From assembly GCA_965207735.1 (NCBI GenBank), contig OZ242296.1, positions 2,336,001 to 2,400,000 of the forward strand: 64,000 nt of DNA. Direction: 5' to 3'. Numbering within the stretch: the stretch's first letter is position 1; every line of letters begins with the position of its first letter. Below are positions 28,833-38,537 of this stretch, in pieces. Position numbers and translations under genes: made by a program. The DNA is from Candidatus Versatilivorator sp. GTDB lineage: Bacteria; Acidobacteriota; Terriglobia; Versatilivoradales; Versatilivoraceae. Below the pieces are notes generated by a model. It searched no databases. It had not been told where the DNA came from and saw nothing but the letters and a program-made list of their open reading frames with translations.

Positions 28833-29663
28833 ATGGATGAAACCAAGGGCCGCGCCTATCCCATGGAGTACACCGAAGAGGAGTTGCGGCGGCTCCGGTT
28901 TCAAGGACGGTATTGGGGAGAGATCAGCCGGGAAGTGCTGCGGGAGGCCGGTATCGGCACCGGGATGCGCGTGCTGGACCTGGGCTGCGGGGCCGGCGAT
29001 TTCAGCCTGCAGGCCGCCGACCTGGTGGGACCCTCGGGGTCGGTCCTGGGCATCGACCGTTCACCCCCGGCCGTGCAACGAGCCAGCCGGCGCGCGGCTG
29101 CGCTGAGGATCGACCACCTGCGATTTCGGGCAGCCGACCTGGAGACGATCGACCTTCCGCTCACTTTCGACGCGCTCATCGGCCGCTTTGTCCTGATGTT
29201 CCTGGCCGACCCGACCAATACCCTGGCCAGAATGGTCGACCGTTTGAACCCGGGAGCAACAGTGGCCTTCATCGAAACCGACTTGGCGGTTGCCCGCTCC
29301 ATCCCGGCCGCACCCAGGGTCGAGACCGTGTTGGAGTGGATCAGAGAGACCTTCCGGCGGTCGGGGATCAGCCTGGACCTGGGTCCGCGGTTGTGGCGTG
29401 TCTTCCGGGACGCCGGCCTGGAAGAACCCCGCCTGGTGGTGCGCCAGAAGCTGCATCCGGCGCCTTGCAGGGAGGGGGTCCGGTGGGTCTCGGAACTGGT
29501 GCGTAGCCTTGTTCCCGAAATGGAACGGCTCGGGGTGGTCTCTGCGGAGGAGGTAGGAATCGAGACGCTTGAAGAGAAGATGCGCCAGGAACTGCTGCGC
29601 CGGGAGGCCACGCTGTGCACGCCGCTGGTCGTGGGAGCCTGCAGCCGAGTTCGGGCATCCTGA
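28833..29663 (+). CDS. Class I SAM-dependent methyltransferase
   Basis: RVLDLGCGAGD, VLGIDRS, FDALIGRFVLMF. Confidence 0.88.
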   Translation: MDETKGRAYPMEYTEEELRRLRFQGRYWGEISREVLREAGIGTGMRVLDLGCGAGDFSLQAADLVGPSGSVLGIDRSPPAVQRASRRAAALRIDHLRFRAADLETIDLPLTFDALIGRFVLMFLADPTNTLARMVDRLNPGATVAFIETDLAVARSIPAAPRVETVLEWIRETFRRSGISLDLGPRLWRVFRDAGLEEPRLVVRQKLHPAPCREGVRWVSELVRSLVPEMERLGVVSAEEVGIETLEEKMRQELLRREATLCTPLVVGACSRVRAS

Positions 29664-29675
29664 AGCGGCGATTCA

Positions 29676-30824
29676 TTACCCCAAAGCCCGCTCCAGGAAC
29701 CAGTAGAGGCCGATGGCGCCGATGAGGATCGAGCCCGGCAGGACCACCCCCTTGCGGTACCAGGACTCCTTCCGGAACCATCCGACCGCGGCAAAGGCCA
29801 GCAGCAGCACGGCCACCTGACCCAGCTCCACCCCCAGGTTGAAGGCCGCCAGCGCCGTCATGAAGTGCTCTGACGGCAGACCCAGTTCCCGCAAAACATC
29901 GGCGAAGCCCAACCCGTGCAAGAGGCCGAACGCGAATACCACTGCCGGGCGCCAGGGCTTCAGCTCGGTAGTGGCCACGTTCTCGGCAGCCACATAGGCG
30001 ATGGAGAGGGCAATCAGCGACTCTACGGGCCGTGAAGGCAGCGAAACCAGGTCATAACTCGAGAGAACCAGGGTCACCGAGTGGGCCAGAGTGAAGGCGG
30101 TCACCTGCCAGAGGAGCGGTCGAAACCGCCGTCCCAGGAGAAACAGGCCCAGCACGAACAGAATGTGGTCCGCTCCCGCAGGAAGAATGTGCTCGAACCC
30201 CAGAATCAGATAGCTGAATGCGACCCTCCCCATGCCTTCCGCAACTCCCCCGCCCCGCATGGGATAGGGCGCGCTGTCCGCCCCAACCCCCAAGATCTGC
30301 TGGCTGGACCGGCCGGTGCGTTGATCCAACAGGGTGAGGTGCACCGCCTTGAAGGCCCGCGAGGCCCCAAAGGTCATGGTCTCGGCCTCGGCGGGAATCG
30401 CGCCCGACATCCTGGCCGTCAGTCCCAGCAGCGTGGGGAGCTCGTTCTCCAGCGCCAGTTCCGTCCCCCGTTGGGGAAAGGTGATCTCCGGCGCCTGCTT
30501 GACCCCGTCAAAGCGAATCCTCACCCGGCGCCGCACCGTCTGCCGGGCGTTCTCCACGGCCTCGGCCAGCTCCGCGGGAGTCATGGCCTGCAACTCGGCC
30601 ACCACCTCGGCCGAATCGGTGGTTGGCGAGACTCCCAGGGCCAAGGCGTCCACGTCCACCCGCAGGTCGATCCGGTAGGACCCCTCGCGTTGAATCAGCA
30701 GGGTGGCCTCGGTGAAGGCGAAATCGTGGGCCAGGGCCGGGACGGCAGCGAGGAGGGTCAGGGCCGCCAGACCAACGGTTGTTTTGATGAGGGAGTTCGT
30801 CAACGAAGTAGCGCGAAGGACCAC
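29676..30824 (-). CDS. HupE/UreJ-family membrane protein (start uncertain)
   Basis: Signal ALAH; LGFEHI..G.DHILF, TAFTLAHSVTL, FGLLHGLGFA, FNLGVELGQ. Confidence 0.88.
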   Translation of the reverse strand: MVLRATSLTNSLIKTTVGLAALTLLAAVPALAHDFAFTEATLLIQREGSYRIDLRVDVDALALGVSPTTDSAEVVAELQAMTPAELAEAVENARQTVRRRVRIRFDGVKQAPEITFPQRGTELALENELPTLLGLTARMSGAIPAEAETMTFGASRAFKAVHLTLLDQRTGRSSQQILGVGADSAPYPMRGGGVAEGMGRVAFSYLILGFEHILPAGADHILFVLGLFLLGRRFRPLLWQVTAFTLAHSVTLVLSSYDLVSLPSRPVESLIALSIAYVAAENVATTELKPWRPAVVFAFGLLHGLGFADVLRELGLPSEHFMTALAAFNLGVELGQVAVLLLAFAAVGWFRKESWYRKGVVLPGSILIGAIGLYWFLERALG

Positions 30825-30844
30825 GAAGACACACCAACCTCAAG

Positions 30845-31085
30845 TATCACTCCCCCCTTGAGGGGGAGTCGGCGAGAGGGCGGAGCCCGCTGTCGAGCCG
30901 GAGGGGGGCAAACTCGGCGTCCCGAAGGTGCGCCAGCCCGCAGTCGATCCGGAGGGGGGCCAACGCGGCGTTCCGTAAGAGCCGATCAGCGGCACTCGCA
31001 GAGCCACGAAGCGAGACGGACCTGCTTCAACGGCACGCGTTGCCGCAAAGCTGCGCCGGAGGGAGGCCAACGCGGCGGCTCGTGA
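30845..31085. repeat. REP-like family B element (TATCACTCCCCCCTTGAGGGGGAGTC) with GGAGGGGGG sub-repeats
   Basis: The same hairpin recurs near 55611, 57238, 57364 and 62707; GCCCGCAGTCGATCCGGAGGGGGGCCAACGCGGCG recurs inverted at ~57185-57220. Confidence 0.85.
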
Positions 31086-31127
31086 GTGACTATCAGCGGC
31101 GGCGGATCAATTACAGTTGCCCCGCCG

Positions 31128-31946
31128 CTAGTAGGACCCCGTGAGGTAGACCTCCCCCGTGAGATGGCGTGCCCCTCCGGCCGGCTCCATGGTGACCGCA
31201 ATCTGCACCGGTGGACTTGCCCGGTCCAGGTCGACCACCTCCAGATAGCCCTGCCCGGCGGGATTGACTCGAAAGGTCCCCGCACCCACGGGCTTGTCGG
31301 CAATCAGCCAGAGCTGGTAGGTCTTTTCCCGGGAGAGTTGCGGCAGCCTGGAGGTGTAGAGCCGCGCCTTGCGTTCCTGGCCGCTCCAGAACACCGCTCC
31401 CCTGGCTTCGGGGCTCTTGGGGGTCCCCAACAGGAGCAGGGCCCGGACATCGGGGTCGTTCGGAAATGGCGGAGCGCCACCCACCTTGTCCAGTCGGGCC
31501 TGAAGTTCGCGAACCTCACCCGCCAAGCCGGCCAGGCCGGCCTGATAGGCGGCGACTTCCCGGTCGAGGCGGCGCTGGTTTCCCACGGAGAACGCCAGCG
31601 CCAAGCCTGCCGCGACGGCGCAGGCCCAGGCAAGCCAGCGCCGGACGGCGGAGACCTCCCGCGATGGCGGGAGCTTGCCGACCCGGTTGGCGCCCCTCTC
31701 GGGCCTCACATTCCTGACGGCCTCCAACACCTGCTCCCTCAGTCCGGGCGAGAGAGGCAGGTCAGGCGACAGCCGAGACGAGGGAGAAACGGGACGCTCG
31801 GATACCGGAGCCGCCGGCTCGCCGTTGGAGCCCACGCCGGCCTTCGGCCCGTGCACCCCCTTGGAGTCGAGAGTCCCCGCTGCACCTGTCCCGCCGGGCC
31901 TGGCGGTCGGTCCGCGGTCCGTTTCCCGATCTCCTGATGCAGCCAT
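31128..31946 (-). CDS. Anti-sigma factor, RskA-like C-terminal domain
   Basis: Single TM plus coiled coil; LPQL..EKTYQLWLI, AVTMEPAGG. Confidence 0.8.
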   Translation of the reverse strand: MAASGDRETDRGPTARPGGTGAAGTLDSKGVHGPKAGVGSNGEPAAPVSERPVSPSSRLSPDLPLSPGLREQVLEAVRNVRPERGANRVGKLPPSREVSAVRRWLAWACAVAAGLALAFSVGNQRRLDREVAAYQAGLAGLAGEVRELQARLDKVGGAPPFPNDPDVRALLLLGTPKSPEARGAVFWSGQERKARLYTSRLPQLSREKTYQLWLIADKPVGAGTFRVNPAGQGYLEVVDLDRASPPVQIAVTMEPAGGARHLTGEVYLTGSY

Positions 31947-32023
31947 AGCCAGCCTCTTGACGCCCGGGGTTCCCCGGTTCCAGGGACCGGGTTAGACCTT
32001 CGGGGTGCGCCGGGCGCTCAAGG

Positions 32024-33037
32024 TCATGAAACAGCGCGTTTCTTCAGTTGCTCCCTGATGTGATCCACCACAACCTTACCATGAAATCGACCGTTCTCGA
32101 TGAAGACCTCGTTGGTGAACATGCCCGCGACCACCACGCCGGCCAGGTAGACTCCGGCAATGTTGCTCTCGTAACTGTTCTTGTCGATCAGGGGCCGCTG
32201 ATCTTCAGGATCCAGGCGAACCCCGATGGAATGGAAGAACTCCAGGTCGGGGCGATAACCGGTCATGGCAAACACGAAGTCGTTGTCCAGAGAGACCGTC
32301 TCCCCGGAGCGGTGGCGCAATTCCAGGGTCCGCCGGGTGATCTCCACCACGGCGGTGTCGAACCGGGCCTGAATCTCCCCGGCCTTGATGCGGTTTTCGA
32401 TATCGGGCTTGATCCAGTACTTGATGCTCGAGCTCAGTCGGCTCCCCCGGTGGATGAGCGTGACCCGAGCTCCGGAGCGGTAGAGATCCAGGGCGGCCAC
32501 GGCGGCCGAATTCTTGCCCCCGATCACCGCCACATCCATCCCATAGTAGGGGTGAGCTTCCCTGTAGTAGTGGGTCACCTTGGGCAGATCTTCTCCGGGG
32601 ACGTTCAGGAAATTTGGAATGTCGTAGTACCCGGTGGCCAGAACGATCTTGCGCGCCCGGTAACAGCGGCTCTGCCGATCCCGGGTTTCCGTCCTGACCT
32701 GGAAATTGTCGTCCCGGCCTTCCACGGCCAGAACGCTTTCGTAGAGATGCAGCTTCAGCCGGTAGGTATCGGCCACCCGCCGGTAGTACTTCAAGGCCTC
32801 CAGCCGAGTCGGCTTCTGGTAGGGAGTCACAAAGGGCAGGCCGCCGATTTCCAGCAGTTCCGGAGTGGTGAAGAAGGTCATCTGCAGCGGGAAATTCTTG
32901 ATCGAATTGACAATGCACCCCTTCTCGATCACCAGGTAATCCAGTCCCCGCGTTTCCGCCTCGATGGCACAGGCCAACCCCGTGGGACCGGCCCCGATAA
33001 TGATGAGGTCGTGGATTGGCGAGAGGTTGGGAATCAT
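32024..33037 (-). CDS. ypdA: YpdA-family bacillithiol disulfide reductase (Bdr)
   Basis: IIGAGPTGLAC, NSIKNFP..MTFFTTPELLEIG, EALKYYRRV, VIGGKNSA, YWIKPDIENRI, FIENGRFHG. Confidence 0.9.
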   Translation of the reverse strand: MIPNLSPIHDLIIIGAGPTGLACAIEAETRGLDYLVIEKGCIVNSIKNFPLQMTFFTTPELLEIGGLPFVTPYQKPTRLEALKYYRRVADTYRLKLHLYESVLAVEGRDDNFQVRTETRDRQSRCYRARKIVLATGYYDIPNFLNVPGEDLPKVTHYYREAHPYYGMDVAVIGGKNSAAVAALDLYRSGARVTLIHRGSRLSSSIKYWIKPDIENRIKAGEIQARFDTAVVEITRRTLELRHRSGETVSLDNDFVFAMTGYRPDLEFFHSIGVRLDPEDQRPLIDKNSYESNIAGVYLAGVVVAGMFTNEVFIENGRFHGKVVVDHIREQLKKRAVS

Positions 33038-33126
33038 GAGCTTCCAACTGGCCCTGACAGGCCGGGATCCGGCGGAAGGGACCGGCGGAGTGAGACCGGG
33101 AAAGGGGTCGGCGCCCCCGGGCGCGC

Positions 33127-34131
33127 CTAGCCTTCGACCAGCCGCGTTTCCCGGCCGGTCCGGGCTGAACGCCGCAGGGCCTCGATCACCGCCATGTTAC
33201 CCAGTGCATCCTCCAAGGGCAAGGACAACGGCCGCCCCTCCAATACGGAGCGGCTGAAATGGTCGACCTGCAGTCGATAGACATCACCGCCGTCTTGGAT
33301 CGGCACCTCACGGGTCTCGCCCTCCACTTCCATCTGCAAGGCGCTGTGGTCGGAGTCGGGCTTGAAAGGCATCGGGACCAGCAGGCGTCCTCGGGAGCCG
33401 ACGATCTCCAGTTGAAAGTCTCGGGCGGTCTGGAAGCTGCCGCTGAACAGGCCCAGGCACCCGCCCGGAAAGACCATCATCCCTCCGAATGTCAGGTCCA
33501 CGCCGCTCTCGGGTTCACCCAGGCTCCGACCCAGCACCGTCAGGGGCTCTTCGTTGGTCAGGTAGCGCATCACGTGGATGCAGTAGCAGCCCACGTCCAT
33601 CAGGGCGCCCCCGCCGGGGCTCGGCTTGAGCCGAACGTTGGGCCGGCTGAAGTCGAGCGGAAATCCCAGGGAGGAGCGAATCAGGCGGAGCTCGCCCACG
33701 CTTCCCTGGCTGACAAGTTCCTTGACCCTGGCGGTCTGGGGGTGAAAGCGGTAGGCGAAGGCTTCCATCAGCGATCGGCCGCACTCCCTGGAAACCGCAA
33801 CCATTCTCCGGCACTCGTCCATGTCCTCCGCCAGAGGCTTCTCGCAGAGAACGTGCTTACCCGCCTCCAGGGCGCGGATGGTCCAATCGCAGTGGAGCCA
33901 GTTGGGAAGAGCGTTGTAAACCACCTCCACCGCGGGATCTTCCAAGACGGCCCGATAGCTCCAATAGCTCCTGGAGAAACCGTGACGACGGGCGAATCCA
34001 TGGGCCTTTTCCAAAGTCCGACTGGCGATTGCATAGGGGACGGCCCAGCCGGAATTTCCGATGGCGGGGGCCACCACCTCGGAAATCTGTCCCACTCCGA
34101 GAACGGCCCAGTTGAGAGTTTTCTTGGACAT
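33127..34131 (-). CDS. Gfo/Idh/MocA-family oxidoreductase
   Basis: YNALPN.LH, AGKHVLCEKPL, GGGALMDVGCY. Confidence 0.92.
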   Translation of the reverse strand: MSKKTLNWAVLGVGQISEVVAPAIGNSGWAVPYAIASRTLEKAHGFARRHGFSRSYWSYRAVLEDPAVEVVYNALPNWLHCDWTIRALEAGKHVLCEKPLAEDMDECRRMVAVSRECGRSLMEAFAYRFHPQTARVKELVSQGSVGELRLIRSSLGFPLDFSRPNVRLKPSPGGGALMDVGCYCIHVMRYLTNEEPLTVLGRSLGEPESGVDLTFGGMMVFPGGCLGLFSGSFQTARDFQLEIVGSRGRLLVPMPFKPDSDHSALQMEVEGETREVPIQDGGDVYRLQVDHFSRSVLEGRPLSLPLEDALGNMAVIEALRRSARTGRETRLVEG

Positions 34132-34140
34132 AGCTTAGAG

Positions 34141-34585
34141 GAAATGAGGAATGATGAATGATGAATGACTAGTGGTCAGCGCAGCCCCGCCCTGCCGAGT
34201 TGATCGTTCGTGGGGAAACGGACCGATTGCTCATGAAGACAAACCACGAATGGAAACGAAACACTAAAACACGGATAGACCTGATTCAACAACAAGCGGC
34301 AGCCAAATGCTTGTGCAGCCTCTTGGTGGTCCTGCACATAAGTATCAATACGTATGGCGGCTGCTCTACTGAAGTTCACCATGGATTACCCATGGAACCT
34401 CCTGGCGCAACTCGATGTGGCAGCCAAGTATAGGTGGCAATACTTATGCGGCAGTGTACTTAGTGGCCCTTCGCATTCCTTCGTGGATAACTCTTTTCCA
34501 AATGCCTAATTCATCGACCGAACAACACTTCACTCATCACTCCTGACCCCTTACTCCTCATTCATCATTCATCATTCATCATTCT
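34141..34585. mobile_element. Non-autonomous heptamer-armed (ATGAATG/CATTCAT) inverted-repeat element with a nested ~130-bp insert
   Basis: Colinear with 38538-38897; its arm supplies the hisD C-terminus (MMNDE) and stop. Confidence 0.7.
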
Positions 34586-35857
34586 AATCCGGACGCTGTG
34601 GGCGTGGGCATCCAGCTTCTCGGCCAGGGCGAACCGTTCGATGGCCCGATGATGCTTGTTCAGTGCGGCCCGGGTGTACTTGACCAGGTTGGTCCGCTTC
34701 ACGAAGTCATAGACGCCCAGGGGCGAGGCGAAACGGGCGCTGCCTCCGGTCGGCAGGACGTGATTGGGGCCCGCAAAGTAGTCGCCCACCGCTTCGCAGG
34801 AATCGGAACCGAAGAAGATGGCTCCGCAGGCCTCCACTTGCCGAGCCAGAGACTCGGCTTCCCGGGTCAGCAACTCCAGGTGCTCGGGAGCGACGCGGTT
34901 GACGATCCCGACAGCCTCCCGGGGTTCATTCACGACCAGAATCGCTCCATAGCGTTCCAGCGCCTTGCGAATGGTTCCCTGGCGGCTCAGTTCCAGGATC
35001 TGACGCTCGAGGCTGGCCCGGACGGCTTCGGCCAGATTCCTGGAACATACGATGGCCAGCGCCACCGCCGCTTCATCGTGCTCGGCCTGGGCCATCAGAT
35101 CGGCGGCCACAAAGTCGGGATGAGCCGATTCGTCGGCAACCACCACCACTTCCGAAGGGCCGGCAATCTTGTCGATATCCACCAGCCCGTAGACCTGCCT
35201 CTTGGCCGCCGATACGTAGGCGTTGCCGGGACCCACGATCTTGTCGACCCTGGGCACGCTTTCGGTCCCATAGGCCAGGGCGGCGATCGCCTGGGCGCCC
35301 CCCACCCCGTAGACTTCTTCCAGGCCCAGCTCGGCCAGAGCCGCCGCCACCACCGGGTTGGCCCGGAACCGGGCATAGGGGGTGGCCACCACAATGCGGC
35401 CCACCCCGGCGATCTGGGCCGGGACAGCGTTCATGAGCAGGCTGGAAGGATAGGCCGCGGCTCCCCCCGGCACATAGAGACCCACACTCGACAGGGGCGT
35501 GATTCGCTGCCCCAGCCTGACCCCATCCGAGGCTTCGAACTCCCAGGACTGCTGCCGCTGCCGGCGGTGAAAGTCGGCAATGTTCTCCCGGGCCTGGCGC
35601 AGGACTTCCCGCAACTCGGGATCCACCCGGTTGGCCAGGGAGCGAATCTCCCCGGGGTCGATCCTCAGCAAGTCGGGTTCGAAACCCTCCAGCCGCAGGG
35701 TCCACTCCCTGAGGGCGGCGTCTCCCTTTTTCCGCACCGAAGCCAGGATGGCGGCAACGTCCGACTCCAGGTCCCCGTCGGCCTGCGCTCCCCGCGAACT
35801 CACTTTTTCCAGGTAGGCGCCGGCCTCGGGACCGGGCCACTGGTAAATCGGAATCAT
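34565..35857 (-). CDS. hisD: Histidinol dehydrogenase
   Basis: VGLYVPGG.AAYPSS, GGAQAIAALAYGT, KIVGPGNAYV, AGPSE, QAEHD, GPNHVLPT. Confidence 0.97.
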   Translation of the reverse strand: MIPIYQWPGPEAGAYLEKVSSRGAQADGDLESDVAAILASVRKKGDAALREWTLRLEGFEPDLLRIDPGEIRSLANRVDPELREVLRQARENIADFHRRQRQQSWEFEASDGVRLGQRITPLSSVGLYVPGGAAAYPSSLLMNAVPAQIAGVGRIVVATPYARFRANPVVAAALAELGLEEVYGVGGAQAIAALAYGTESVPRVDKIVGPGNAYVSAAKRQVYGLVDIDKIAGPSEVVVVADESAHPDFVAADLMAQAEHDEAAVALAIVCSRNLAEAVRASLERQILELSRQGTIRKALERYGAILVVNEPREAVGIVNRVAPEHLELLTREAESLARQVEACGAIFFGSDSCEAVGDYFAGPNHVLPTGGSARFASPLGVYDFVKRTNLVKYTRAALNKHHRAIERFALAEKLDAHAHSVRIRMMNDE

Positions 35858-35889
35858 GGGTTCAAACCCGTACTTCTCGCCAATGCCGG

Positions 35890-36552
35890 CTAGCCTTGAG
35901 GGACGGCCTCCGAGAGCCGTTGGATGAGGCGGCTTACCGCCCGGCGTTTTACCTGGTAGCTGGCCCGGTTGACGATCAGCCGGGCCGAGACGTCGCAGAT
36001 CGGCTCGATGACTTCCAGCCCGTTTTCGGCCAGAGTGCGCCCGGTGGCCACCAGATCGACGACCCGTTCCGAGAGTCCCAGCCTGGGAGCCAGTTCAACG
36101 CTGCCGGAGAGGTAGATGATCTCCACCGGGATGCCCTGACGGGTAAAGTGATCGGTGGTGATCCGGGGGTACTTGGTAGCGATGCGAACGGCAGACAGCT
36201 CACGGTAGTTCTTCCGCGCCGTGCTCCTGGGGCCGGCGACCGCCATGACGCATCGGCCGATGCCGAGATCCAGGGGTTGATGCACGTCGGCCTCGGATTC
36301 CAGCAACACGTCCCATCCGGCGACACCCAGGTCGGCGACGCCATACTCCACGTAGGTCGGGACGTCCACCGGTTTCACCATAAAGAACTGGAAGCACCCG
36401 CTCCTGTCCTGAAAGATGAGCTTTCTGGAACCCGCCTCGGAAGCGTCCACCTCCACCCCGGCCCGGCCCAGCAACTCCAGGGTCGCTTCCTGAAGCCTGC
36501 CCTTGGAAAGGGCCACTGAAAGGACTTCCTCGGATTTCAACGCATTGCTCAT
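35890..36552 (-). CDS. hisG: ATP phosphoribosyltransferase, short form
   Basis: ALSKGR, DVPTYVEYGVADLG, IATKYP, GSVELAP, DLVATG.TL..NGL. Confidence 0.96.
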   Translation of the reverse strand: MSNALKSEEVLSVALSKGRLQEATLELLGRAGVEVDASEAGSRKLIFQDRSGCFQFFMVKPVDVPTYVEYGVADLGVAGWDVLLESEADVHQPLDLGIGRCVMAVAGPRSTARKNYRELSAVRIATKYPRITTDHFTRQGIPVEIIYLSGSVELAPRLGLSERVVDLVATGRTLAENGLEVIEPICDVSARLIVNRASYQVKRRAVSRLIQRLSEAVPQG

Positions 36553-37532
36553 CGCAGTTTCAGCGGCAGCGCCATCAGCCGTTCCAGGAAGAAGGTAAAC
36601 CCGACCGAAGGGAGATCGCAGCCGAAGTTCTTCAACAGGTTGTCGTAACGGCCGCCGCTGCCCACCTCGAATCCCAACCCGGGCACGTAGATCTTGAAGA
36701 TGATGCCGGTATAGTAGTCGAGACCCCTCACTTCGCTCAGGTCGATGGTCAGGTGTTCGGCCAGCTTGCGCCGCCGCAACTCGGCGTAGAGCCCCGTCAG
36801 ATTGTCCAGGGCCGACAGGGATTTCTCATTGGAGACCAGCCGCCGGGCGGCGTCGATGGTTTCAGAGTTACCGGTCAGGTGAAGCAGTGCGTGCAACACC
36901 TCGCGCTGCCGGGGGGACAGCTGCAGGCGTTCCATCTCGGCCTGAAGTCCCACCGGATCTTTCAGATCGATGAGCCTCCTGATTCTCGAGAGGTCCTGAG
37001 CCGAGAGGCCGAATCTTTCCACCAGGCCGGCGAAGAAGCCCATCTCGCCCAGGTTGAATTGAAAGCGGTCGATCCCGACCCGCTGCAGGGCTTCCATGGC
37101 CACCTGGATGACCTCGGCGTCGCAGGCGATCCTCTCACCGCCGATGTTCTCGATTCCAAGCTGGAAGGACTCGCGCTGCCTGCCGCCCCTGGGAGCTTCG
37201 TAGCGCAGGACGTCGCCGCAATAGCATAGCCGCAGGGGCTTGGGCCGATCCTGCAGGCGGGTGGCCACGGTCTTGGCCACCAGGGAGGTAAATTCGGGTC
37301 GCAGAGCCAACAGGTTGCCCTCCCGGTCGACGAAGCGATAGAGCGCCTCCTCCAACTCGGCCCCCATGCCCTTGGAGAAGACATCGTAGTAGTCGAAAAT
37401 GGGCGGGATGATCTCCTCGTACTTCCAACGGCTGAAGATGGTGAAAACGAGCCGCTCCAGTCGACGGCGGCGTTTCACCGCCGGTCCGAACAGCACCTGA
37501 GTGCCCAGCGGAACCTGAGTCAAGGTCTTCAT
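36549..37532 (-). CDS. hisZ: ATP phosphoribosyltransferase regulatory subunit
   Basis: LALRPEFT, GRQRESFQLG.E, LDYYTG, GGRYDNLL; adjacent to short hisG; no anticodon-binding domain. Confidence 0.93.
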   Translation of the reverse strand: MKTLTQVPLGTQVLFGPAVKRRRRLERLVFTIFSRWKYEEIIPPIFDYYDVFSKGMGAELEEALYRFVDREGNLLALRPEFTSLVAKTVATRLQDRPKPLRLCYCGDVLRYEAPRGGRQRESFQLGIENIGGERIACDAEVIQVAMEALQRVGIDRFQFNLGEMGFFAGLVERFGLSAQDLSRIRRLIDLKDPVGLQAEMERLQLSPRQREVLHALLHLTGNSETIDAARRLVSNEKSLSALDNLTGLYAELRRRKLAEHLTIDLSEVRGLDYYTGIIFKIYVPGLGFEVGSGGRYDNLLKNFGCDLPSVGFTFFLERLMALPLKLR

Positions 37533-37578
37533 CGTGTTGGTTGCCGCGGATCGCAGCCGGCTTGAGAAGCGCCGGCCC

Positions 37579-38499
37579 TCAACTCCCGCGGATGCTCCTT
37601 CCCTGGTTGTCTATCTTCAGCTCGAGCGGACGGCAAGCGACTCCGTGGCGATCGAAAATGGACTGGACTTGCCCGAACACCTCCCGGCCGTCCCCTTGGA
37701 TGAAGGCTGCCACGCTGGGCCCGGCGCCGCTCAGGCTGATCCCCAGCAGACCGGGAATCTCCCTGCCGTTGAGCGCCAGGACCTCCTGCAGTCCCGGAAT
37801 CAGAGGAGCCCGGTAGGGTTGATGCACCTTGTCGCGGAGCGATTCCCTCAGGAACCGGAACTGCCCCGCCATCAAGGCCGCTACCGTCAGCGCGCTGCGC
37901 TGCAGGTTGAAGATGACATCGCTCATCTTGAGCTGGTCGGGTACGACAGCCCTGGCCTCGCTGGTAGGCAACCGGATGTCGGGAACCACCAGCAGGATCT
38001 TCAGCGCCTCCGTGACCCGGGTCCGAAAGAAGTCCACCCTGCCCCCTTCGTCGACGCAGCTCACGGTGAAACCCCCGAAACGGGCCGCGGTCAGGTTGTC
38101 CGGATGAGCCTCGAACTCCAGGGCATAGCGGAAAAACTTCTCCTGAGAAAGCTCCTCCCCCGCCAGGGCTTCGTAGGCTCCCAGCGCGGCCACGATGGCC
38201 GCCGCGCTGCTCCCCAGCCCGCGGGCAAGCGGTATCCGGTTCTGCACCTCCAGCCTCAGGGGAGGCAGGGGCCGCCCTTCGCCCTGGAACACCCGTCGGA
38301 TCACCTTCCACATCAGGTTCTCGCGGACACTGAGCAATTCCCGGGCCCCTTCCCCCTCCATGTGGATTTCCGGGGAGCCGCTGCCGGACTCCCGCACCCC
38401 GACCTGGAGGTAGAGACCCAACGCCAGTCCCAGAGCGTCGAACCCCGCCCCCAGATTGGTGGAACTGGCCGGAACCTGAATGGAGTAGGCAGCACCCAC
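37579..38499 (-). CDS. thrB: Homoserine kinase
   Basis: VPASSTNLGAGFD, IPLARGLGSSAAA, HPDN, HQPYR, SGAGPS; GTG at 38499 with GAGG RBS. Confidence 0.95.
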   Translation of the reverse strand: MGAAYSIQVPASSTNLGAGFDALGLALGLYLQVGVRESGSGSPEIHMEGEGARELLSVRENLMWKVIRRVFQGEGRPLPPLRLEVQNRIPLARGLGSSAAAIVAALGAYEALAGEELSQEKFFRYALEFEAHPDNLTAARFGGFTVSCVDEGGRVDFFRTRVTEALKILLVVPDIRLPTSEARAVVPDQLKMSDVIFNLQRSALTVAALMAGQFRFLRESLRDKVHQPYRAPLIPGLQEVLALNGREIPGLLGISLSGAGPSVAAFIQGDGREVFGQVQSIFDRHGVACRPLELKIDNQGRSIRGS

Positions 38500-38537
38500 G
38501 GTAAACGGTCCTCGTTCGAAACACCCCTGTTTCAGAC

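Noticed and set aside
25818-28904. 1028-aa antisense ORF (also 20693-23308, 12446-14014, 19059-20696, 53232-54722, 59549-61222 and others)
   Set aside because: These are shadow ORFs opposite well-supported genes, expected at high GC3, and they have no recognisable motifs.
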